A stretch of 64,000 bases of DNA. It comes from Candidatus Micrarchaeota archaeon (GTDB taxonomy: Archaea > Micrarchaeota > Micrarchaeia > Anstonellales > Anstonellaceae). Of this stretch, positions 9,471 through 16,354 are shown piece after piece. Made by a program: the position numbers and the translations under genes. Location: contig JAOAJL010000003.1 in NCBI GenBank assembly GCA_026414185.1, positions 2,896 through 66,895 on the forward strand, written 5' to 3'. The first letter of the stretch is position 1, and each line of letters starts with the position of its first letter. The notes under the pieces are model-generated. The model was not told where the DNA came from. It searched no databases and was given only the letters and a program-made list of their open reading frames with translations.

Positions 9471-10526
9471 ATGGGGCTTAGGCTTCTGTTTCTTGCGCTT
9501 CTGCTTTTCACTATGCCCTTTGCTGCCAATTACCCTGCAGGGGTTAAGCTTTACGGCTATTACATGGTCCCAGAAGGGCTCGGCTTCTCAATTGAGAACT
9601 TCACCTACGGGCAGGGGCAGGCATACGCAATCGTTTCTGCAGGCGAGGTATATGCCATCCTTGTTCCGAAATTTCCTCTCTTCATGCCCGAGCCGCTGAC
9701 GCAAAGGGAGGAGATAGAGTCCGCCCTCTATTCCTATTACATCTCAAAGGGTCGCTCCCCCCGCGCAATAGAGGGCTTCTCCCAAATTCACGCCAAAATA
9801 AGGGGCATAAGCGCCTCTTATGATGCCGGCGAGGACAAGTGCCGCATTCTGCTGGGAACGGACCGCCATCCGTGCTTTGACTTTGATTCTTGCCAAAAAG
9901 CATGCTATTCAGTCACCTCGTTCTGCCTCCCGCTTGCGCTTGGCTCAGGAAGAAACTTCATAGGCTACATAAGCGAATTTGAGAACGCAAGCTCCGCGCT
10001 TAACCTCTCCTATGCGGTTGAGCAAGAGGCGTATTCCAATCTAACAGCGAACTCAAGCAGGCAGAACGTCCTCGCCTATATTTCCGCCATTGAGGGGATA
10101 AAAAACGCGTCTTACCGCGCATACGCAAGCCCTTTTTACTGGCAATACCAAATCTGCGCCCTGCCGGACTACTCCATCGCGGCAATAGAACAGCTTCATT
10201 TTGCCGCCCGCAACCAATACAACAACGCCTCGCCATTCTACATCCTGCCCTCTCTTGCCGATGCGGTGAAAAAGCGCACCGAGGCGGGCATCCAAAGAAA
10301 GCGGCAAGCCGAGCTTTCAAGGCAGCAGCCTGGCGCCAGCAAATCATCAAACCAAAGCCATGCAAAGCAGGACGCGTCTGAGAGGCAGAAAAAGCTTGAA
10401 GAGGAAAAAGAGGCTTATCTTTCCCAGGCGCTTCTGCCCCTGGCAGCAGTGACGCTCTCCGTGCTTTTTGCCGGTCTGGCGCTCATCTTTTACGCCTTCT
10501 TTTTGAGGAGGAAGAAAAGCCCTTAG
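9471..10526 (+). CDS. hypothetical exported protein with N-terminal signal peptide and C-terminal TM anchor
   Basis: Starts MGLRLLFLALLLFTMPFAA. C-terminal LLPLAAVTLSVLFAGLALIFYAFFLRRKK. The topology (signal peptide, C-terminal TM, basic tail) is the same as the upstream giant protein. I recognise no family. Confidence 0.6.
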   Translation: MGLRLLFLALLLFTMPFAANYPAGVKLYGYYMVPEGLGFSIENFTYGQGQAYAIVSAGEVYAILVPKFPLFMPEPLTQREEIESALYSYYISKGRSPRAIEGFSQIHAKIRGISASYDAGEDKCRILLGTDRHPCFDFDSCQKACYSVTSFCLPLALGSGRNFIGYISEFENASSALNLSYAVEQEAYSNLTANSSRQNVLAYISAIEGIKNASYRAYASPFYWQYQICALPDYSIAAIEQLHFAARNQYNNASPFYILPSLADAVKKRTEAGIQRKRQAELSRQQPGASKSSNQSHAKQDASERQKKLEEEKEAYLSQALLPLAAVTLSVLFAGLALIFYAFFLRRKKSP

Positions 10527-10531
10527 GCTAA

Positions 10532-10577
10532 TATTTTTATTTTTTTATACTATTATAATTTTATTATAATATTTTGG
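10532..10577 (+). promoter_or_regulatory. about 45-nt almost pure A/T tract upstream of the inositol-phosphate synthase gene (promoter/TATA region)
   Basis: Sequence ATATTTTTATTTTTTTATACTATTATAATTTTATTATAATATTTT. It ends 14 nt before ATG 10591. Confidence 0.5.
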
Positions 10578-10590
10578 CGGGGGTGCCAAC

Positions 10591-11922
10591 ATGGCAAAGG
10601 TTGCGATAAAGCCCGCAAAAGGCAGGCTGGGGGTGCTAACGCCCGGCTTGGGCGCGGTTTCCACCACATTTATTGCAGGCGTGATGCTGGCAAGAAAGCA
10701 CGGCTTTGCGCCAATCGGGAGCATAACCCAGCTCCAAAAGATACGCCTGGGAAAAAGAAGCGAAGGGCGCAACCCGCTCATAAGAGAATTCGTCCCTCTT
10801 GCCTCCCTTTCCCAGCTGGAGTTTGGCGCCTGGGACATCTTCCCCGACAATGCATACGAGGCGGCGATGAAAGCAGGCGTCCTTTCGCAGGAGCACCTTT
10901 CCCTCGTCAGAAGGGAGCTTGAGGGGATAAAGCCGATGAGGGCGGTCTTTGACCCCTCGTTTGTGAAAAACATATCCGGCCCGAATATAAAAAAAGCCAA
11001 AAGCAAGCTGGAGCTTGCCAGCCAGCTCAGGCAGGACATCCGCAATTTCAGAAGAGAGAAAAGGTGCAGCAGGCTTGTCATGATTTGGTGCGCAAGCACA
11101 GAAAGATACCAAGACGAGCAGCCGGTGCACATGTCCCTTGCTGCTTTTGAGAAGGGGCTTGCGGAAAGCCACCCGTCCATCTCGCCATCCATGATTTACG
11201 CCTATGCGGCGCTAATGGAGGGCGTCCCGTTCGCCAACGGCTCACCCCAGCTCACCCATGAGATTCCAGCCCTCGTGGAGCTTGCCCGCAAGAAAGGAGT
11301 GCCGGTGGCAGGCAAGGACTTCAAGACCGGCCAGACGCTTGTGAAAACCGCGGTCGCGCCAATGCTCAAGATGAGGATGCTTGGCTGCAGGGGATGGTTT
11401 TCCACCAACATACTGGGAAACCGAGACGGGCTTGTGCTTGACGATCCGGGCTCTTTTCGCAGCAAGGAGAAAAGCAAAAAAGGGGTTCTTGACTACATCC
11501 TGCAACCCGATGAATACCCCCTTCTTTACAAGAACCTCTTCCACAAGGTGCGCATTGAATACTACCCGCCAAAAAACGACGACAAGGAGGGCTGGGACAA
11601 CATAGACATCTTCGGCTGGCTCGGCTACCCCATGCAGATAAAAATCAACTTCCTATGCAAAGACAGCATCCTCGCCGCGCCTGTTGTCCTTGACCTGGCG
11701 CTCTTTTTGGACCTGGCGCAGCGGGCTGGGATGCGCGGCATACAGGAGTGGCTCTCCTTTTACTTCAAGTCACCCATGCACGCCGAAGGGCTCTACCCTG
11801 AGCACGACCTGTCCATCCAGCACATGAAGCTGAAAAACACCCTGCGCTACCTGATGGGCGAAAGGCTTATCACCCATCTTGGGATTGAGTATTACGATTA
11901 CTGGGGCAAAGGCAAAAAGTAG
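10591..11922 (+). CDS. myo-inositol-1-phosphate synthase family protein
   Basis: N-terminal Rossmann-like KVAIK..GRLGVLTPGLGAVSTTFIAGV. Overall length and layout fit the inositol-3-phosphate synthase family. It is followed directly by a CDP-alcohol phosphatidyltransferase. Confidence 0.8.
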   Translation: MAKVAIKPAKGRLGVLTPGLGAVSTTFIAGVMLARKHGFAPIGSITQLQKIRLGKRSEGRNPLIREFVPLASLSQLEFGAWDIFPDNAYEAAMKAGVLSQEHLSLVRRELEGIKPMRAVFDPSFVKNISGPNIKKAKSKLELASQLRQDIRNFRREKRCSRLVMIWCASTERYQDEQPVHMSLAAFEKGLAESHPSISPSMIYAYAALMEGVPFANGSPQLTHEIPALVELARKKGVPVAGKDFKTGQTLVKTAVAPMLKMRMLGCRGWFSTNILGNRDGLVLDDPGSFRSKEKSKKGVLDYILQPDEYPLLYKNLFHKVRIEYYPPKNDDKEGWDNIDIFGWLGYPMQIKINFLCKDSILAAPVVLDLALFLDLAQRAGMRGIQEWLSFYFKSPMHAEGLYPEHDLSIQHMKLKNTLRYLMGERLITHLGIEYYDYWGKGKK

Positions 11923-11943
11923 CGCAGGCTGGCAGGTGCGTCT

Positions 11944-12543
11944 ATGAGCCTGAAGAAAACCCAACTGGGCGTTGCTTTCCAAAAAAAAGCAGGCAGTCTG
12001 CTTTCCTCCATCCCTCTTTCCCCCAATCAAATATCGTTTCTCGCGCTTTTTTTTGCCCTTGCAGGCTTGCTTGCGGCTTACCTTCTGCTGCCGCTCCATT
12101 CGCTTGCTCTTTTCATTCTCGCCGGGCTTGCCGATGCAATAGACGGCGCAATTGCCCGCTTGCGCAACCAGGCTACTGCGAGAGGGGCTTACATGGACGG
12201 GATTATTGACAGGCTGGTGGAGTTCCTATTCATCCTCTCATTCTTTTTCTTTATTCCAGCCCAGCTTTTGGCTTTTGCTGGAACGTGCCTGCTGGCAATA
12301 CTCTTTTTCGGGACTTGCATGACGTCGTTTGCAACCGCCTATGCGGAGCACCGGGGCGTTGCCGACAAAAAGAAGATAGGTGCGCAGCCAGGGGTTCTTC
12401 CGCGGGCTGAGAGGCTCTTTATTTTGTTTGCCGCGTTCTTCCTGCTCATCTACAGCCCGCTGCTGTCTGCCGTGGTTCTCTTCGCCGCAGCCGCCCTAAG
12501 CTTCATAACCTTCGTCCAGAGGGCGGCTTACTTCCTGAGCTGA
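11944..12543 (+). CDS. CDP-alcohol phosphatidyltransferase (likely archaetidylinositol-phosphate synthase type)
   Basis: Signature D-x2-D-G-x2-A-R...G-x3-D-x3-D is present as DAIDGAIARLRNQATARGAYMDGIIDRLVE. Multiple TM helices. The substrate is inferred from adjacency to the MIPS gene. Confidence 0.85.
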   Translation: MSLKKTQLGVAFQKKAGSLLSSIPLSPNQISFLALFFALAGLLAAYLLLPLHSLALFILAGLADAIDGAIARLRNQATARGAYMDGIIDRLVEFLFILSFFFFIPAQLLAFAGTCLLAILFFGTCMTSFATAYAEHRGVADKKKIGAQPGVLPRAERLFILFAAFFLLIYSPLLSAVVLFAAAALSFITFVQRAAYFLS

Positions 12544-12589
12544 AATGCTTCAAAGCCAGCCTCCGTGTTGCTTTTCCCCTTCTGCCCAA

Positions 12590-13357
12590 TCAGTTTTCTA
12601 TGACGTTTATCTCATCAAAAATTCCGTTCTTCATAAGTATCTCCACTGCCTTCTTGACATTCTTCATTTCAATAACGTATCTGTCGTCGGATTTCTTGCT
12701 GAAAGTCGCATCCCTTACTTCATCTATCCCGAATCTGGTCAAGTCCAAGAATCTGTAGGTACCGTCGGGCTCCAAGTAAAGGAGCCCCTTTGTAGTAAGG
12801 TGTACGGAGTGACCGTTCCTGTCAAAGAGCCTTATGAACGGATAATACATAGAGTTGCCTTTCGGCTCTTGCGGCAGAACTACTCTGTCATATTTAACCT
12901 CATAGGTCCCAGTACTCCCGGAATAAGTTATTACTGGGTCGCTTACGCGGAGGATGCCCTTCCAGCACTCACCGGTTATATAATGCATCCAGCCATTCTG
13001 CGGGTCCTCTACAATGGTGTCGGTCATGTGCCAATCCCTAACATCCAGTTCTTTCGTGTTTATATATATGTTGCCGTACTCATACTTGGTTTTCGTGCCG
13101 TGATCATACGTGGTTTTTCGCACCGCGAAGAGTATATTGACGTTGCCTCCCGTAATCATCAATTCAAACCTGAATGGCTTTTTGCAGTTAAAGCCCCTGC
13201 CATTCGGGCCGTTTCGCGACGTATCAAGCACCACGGGGAGCTTGTCCGTCCATTTCCATCCTGCCTTGGACGTGTTGCCCGTCGCAACTGAAACGGCAAT
13301 TGCCCCGCAGGCAACCAGCGTGGCAATTTTTCCAAGCCCGTATTTTTTCATCCTCAT
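12590..13357 (-). CDS. hypothetical secreted protein with lipobox-like signal (low-GC gene)
   Basis: Likely start MRMKKYGLGKIATLVAC-G (L-V-A-C lipobox-like). I recognise no domain. Hand count gives 37 G+C in 12601..12700, against 57 in 17001..17100. Confidence 0.55.
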   Translation of the reverse strand: MRMKKYGLGKIATLVACGAIAVSVATGNTSKAGWKWTDKLPVVLDTSRNGPNGRGFNCKKPFRFELMITGGNVNILFAVRKTTYDHGTKTKYEYGNIYINTKELDVRDWHMTDTIVEDPQNGWMHYITGECWKGILRVSDPVITYSGSTGTYEVKYDRVVLPQEPKGNSMYYPFIRLFDRNGHSVHLTTKGLLYLEPDGTYRFLDLTRFGIDEVRDATFSKKSDDRYVIEMKNVKKAVEILMKNGIFDEINVIEN

Positions 13358-13524
13358 GAATATGCCCGGGTTGCGTCGGATTTCCACACCTGCCTGCATA
13401 TTTTGAGGCTTGACAAGTTTTTCCATATCCAAGTCACCTCTTTCATTAGTCTTAGTCCGGTTTATGTGGTATTTTTATGTTAAAAAGGTTAAAAACGTTT
13501 CGTCCCTCGCCCTTTGGCGCAAGC

Positions 13525-14427
13525 TTATGAATCTCTCCTCAAAAGCGCCTTCTTTCCCTTCTGGGTCAGGCGGTAGTAGACAAACTTCCTGCCAGGGGTT
13601 TCAAGCTTCTCCACAAAGCCAGCCTGCCTTAGCGTTTCAAGGTGCTCCACTATGGTGGCTTTGCTTTTGCCAAGCTTGTTTGACAGGTCGGTAGGTATCC
13701 TGTCAGCGCCCTCAAGCTCGCTTAGTATGCCTGCCCGCGTTTCATTTGAAAGAAGCCCGATTTCCTGCGGGGCAATCTCCTCCTGCGCCTGCCTTTGCTG
13801 CAAAATCAAAAAGGACAGTATTATTGCCGCAATTACTGCGGCAAAAAGGGCGGCAGGCTGCCAAAAGTCAGCCTTTCCTCCCTGGGCTTGCGCCCCATCT
13901 TGCCATTCCTGCTGGGCTTTGCTTTCTTGGGCAAGCGTCTGCTGGCTTTGCGCGCCTGCTTTCTCTGTGCCGGCTTTCGCAGCCTTGTCCTCCGTGCCAA
14001 AGGCACCGCTTGCCGGCGGCGCAGGCGGGGCTGCGGCTGGCAATGCGCTTTCAGAAAGAAGCGGAGTGCAGCCGTTCGTGTAGTTGCATGAAACCCAAGC
14101 CCCCTTCTCATTGCAGTAATACTCAGCCCCATCCCTTATTCCAAGAAGAGCCGCAGGCTCGCAGCCGCTTTCTATGACTCCTGCCTTCTGCAAGCGGAAT
14201 ATCTCGTGGGCAAGCGCTCCCTGGGATTCCTCCTCGCCCTCCACCAAAACTGAAAGCCTGCCTCCCTCGGTGTAAGCAAGCACGCCGTAATCCCCGATTG
14301 CGCCCTTCAAAAACTCGCTTTCCGATGTTGAATTCAGCTTTCCGGAAGATGGGGCAAAATGCGCAACATAGGCTGCCCCTGCAAGAGAAATGAGCGCAGC
14401 AAGCGCGATGGCAAAGCAAATCCTCAT
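13525..14427 (-). CDS. membrane-tethered winged-helix transcription regulator (signal peptide, Cys-containing ectodomain, TM, C-terminal wHTH)
   Basis: Signal peptide MRICFAIALAALISLAGAAYVA. Ectodomain with 4 Cys. Ala/Gln/Pro linker. TM segment FWQPAALFAAVIAAIILSFLIL. C-terminal ArsR/TrmB-like wHTH: TRAGILSELEG..RIPTDLSNKLGKSKATIVEHLETLRQAGFVEK....KFVYYRLT. Confidence 0.65.
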   Translation of the reverse strand: MRICFAIALAALISLAGAAYVAHFAPSSGKLNSTSESEFLKGAIGDYGVLAYTEGGRLSVLVEGEEESQGALAHEIFRLQKAGVIESGCEPAALLGIRDGAEYYCNEKGAWVSCNYTNGCTPLLSESALPAAAPPAPPASGAFGTEDKAAKAGTEKAGAQSQQTLAQESKAQQEWQDGAQAQGGKADFWQPAALFAAVIAAIILSFLILQQRQAQEEIAPQEIGLLSNETRAGILSELEGADRIPTDLSNKLGKSKATIVEHLETLRQAGFVEKLETPGRKFVYYRLTQKGKKALLRRDS

Positions 14428-14481
14428 GGTCTCACTTTGGTCAGACAGGCGTTATAAATCGTTCGGTTTTTGTTAGGAAGG

Positions 14482-14682
14482 CTAATCCTTTCTCGCGAGC
14501 TTTATGTCAGCGGCAGTCACGGTTTTCCTGCCTGCGTGCTTTGCGAATTTTATCGCCTTTTTGGAAATCTCAATGCCAACTGCCTCAAGCACCTCGGCAA
14601 GTTCCGCCGCCGCGCTTTTTGAGACTCTGCCAGCCCCGGCTTCGCGTATTATCTTTTCAACAGGCGCCTTCGGAAGTATCAT
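14482..14682 (-). CDS. archaeal histone (HMf family histone fold)
   Basis: Start at ATG 14682 ([21 protein letters not shown]...[17 protein letters not shown]). 67 aa, the classic archaeal histone length. A GGTGG motif lies upstream. Confidence 0.9.
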   Translation of the reverse strand: MILPKAPVEKIIREAGAGRVSKSAAAELAEVLEAVGIEISKKAIKFAKHAGRKTVTAADIKLARKD

Positions 14683-14744
14683 CCTACCACCACTGGAAGA
14701 TTGGCTTGGCAATTTAATTAAATTACTCTCCCAAATCCAGCATT

Positions 14745-16316
14745 ATGGAAGGCTTTTCCCTAACAAGCGCAATAGCGCCGCGCGCCTACCAGCTTGCCAT
14801 AGCAAACTCCGCCCTCAGAAACGGCAACACTCTGGTGGTTCTCCCAACAGGCCTTGGTAAGACCCTCATTGCCTTTCTGGTGATGCAGCAATGCGCCAAG
14901 CGCGGCAGGATTTTTTTCCTTGCGCCCACCAAGCCCCTCGTGCGCCAGCACCAGCAAACCTTTCTTTCCCAAACAGACTTTCCAGCGGAAAAAACCGCGC
15001 TGATAACCGGGGAGATTTCCCCAAAAAAGAGGGTTGAGCTTTGGCAGAGGCAGGTTTGCTTCTCAACCCCACAGACCCTCCAAAACGACATCCTTGCCGG
15101 AAGGACAGACGCCTCATCCTCGCTTTGCATCATAGACGAGGCGCACAGGGCGGTCGGCAAGTATGCCTACACATTCGTCGCCCAGCGCTGCTTCCAGGCA
15201 GGCGCCCTGATAGTTGGGCTTACTGCCTCGCCAGGCGGGAACAGGCAGAGAATACAGCAGATAGTAGACGCACTGGGGATACAGAACATAGAGATAAGGA
15301 CGGCAGAGGATTCCGATGTTGCCCCTTACATAAAGCCTCTTGAGATTTCCTACGTGCGCGTGCCTCTGGGGCAGCGCTTTTTGGAGGTGCGCCGCCAGCT
15401 TTCCCTGATGCTTTCGGACAATGTCAGATGGCTCTCCAGCCTCGGTTTCCACGCGCCGACAAAAAGCAAGAAAGGGCTTGTTGAGCTGCGCGCCAAAATC
15501 CTGCGGGCGTCAGAGCGCATAAAGTATCCTGCCCTCTCCTACTACACCACCATCTTCAACCTTGTGCACATGCTTGAGCTTATTGAAACGCAGGGGCTTG
15601 CAACCTTCCTTTCCTATGTTGAGAAGTTGCGCGCAAGGAAGGACACCAAGGCAAAGCGGCGCATATTCAACGACGAGAGGTTCAAAATCGCACTTGAGCT
15701 GTGCGAGTCGGCGGCAGAGCACCCAAAGCTTGAAAAGCTGCTGGAAGTGCTTGCGCAAAGGCGCGGGCAGAAGCTGCTTGTATTCTCGCAATACAGAAAG
15801 CAGGTGGAAACAATCGTGGAGGCGCTCCGCAAAAACGGGTGGAAGGCAGAGCGCTTCCTCGGGAAAAAGGAGGGGGTGACCGCAGAGGAGCAGCGCCATA
15901 CGATAGACCGCTTCAAAAACGGCGAGTTTGACGTCATGGTTGCAACCTCAATAGGAGAGGAGGGGCTTGACATACCCTCTGTTGACACGGTTGTTTTCTT
16001 TGAGCCAATCCCCTCGGAAATCCGCTCAATACAAAGGCGCGGAAGGGCAGGAAGGCTGAAGGCAGGAAGCGTGGTGATACTGATAACTGCCGGCACGCGC
16101 GATGAGGCATCGTTTTACTCTTCACGCAAAAAAGAGGAGAACATGAGGCGCATAGTCGGCAGGATGAAGCAGCAATTCTCGGGCACGGCGGCGGCAAAGC
16201 CAGACTCCAAAGCCTCGCAGGCAGGGGAAAGCCAGCAGCCTTCCAAGCCGCAAAAGCCGCAGCATCCGGGCAGGAAAAAGGGCTCCTTTTCGCAGTCCAG
16301 GCTCACCGACTTCTGA
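14745..16316 (+). CDS. hef: Hef/FANCM-like SF2 helicase (helicase module only, no ERCC4 nuclease domain), C-terminal PIP-like motif
   Basis: Motifs: YQLAIANSAL..NTLVVLPTGLGKT (motif I), DEAH (IIDEAHRAVG), TASPG, SIGEEGLDIP, QRRGRAGR. The disordered tail ends in QSRLTDF-stop. Confidence 0.8.
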   Translation: MEGFSLTSAIAPRAYQLAIANSALRNGNTLVVLPTGLGKTLIAFLVMQQCAKRGRIFFLAPTKPLVRQHQQTFLSQTDFPAEKTALITGEISPKKRVELWQRQVCFSTPQTLQNDILAGRTDASSSLCIIDEAHRAVGKYAYTFVAQRCFQAGALIVGLTASPGGNRQRIQQIVDALGIQNIEIRTAEDSDVAPYIKPLEISYVRVPLGQRFLEVRRQLSLMLSDNVRWLSSLGFHAPTKSKKGLVELRAKILRASERIKYPALSYYTTIFNLVHMLELIETQGLATFLSYVEKLRARKDTKAKRRIFNDERFKIALELCESAAEHPKLEKLLEVLAQRRGQKLLVFSQYRKQVETIVEALRKNGWKAERFLGKKEGVTAEEQRHTIDRFKNGEFDVMVATSIGEEGLDIPSVDTVVFFEPIPSEIRSIQRRGRAGRLKAGSVVILITAGTRDEASFYSSRKKEENMRRIVGRMKQQFSGTAAAKPDSKASQAGESQQPSKPQKPQHPGRKKGSFSQSRLTDF

Positions 16317-16354
16317 CTTTATAATAGTATTCCCCCATCTTTTTCGGGAAGAGG

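Noticed and set aside
10532-10577. The 45-nt pure A/T tract as a DNA unwinding element or origin
   Set aside because: It is a single short tract directly upstream of a gene start, with no flanking repeats and no initiator gene nearby. It is best explained as a promoter or TATA region.
12545-13291. 248-aa plus-strand ORF
   Set aside because: It is antisense to the lipobox protein gene. It has no signal or motif and is rich in unusual residues. The minus-strand ORF has a coherent signal peptide and composition.
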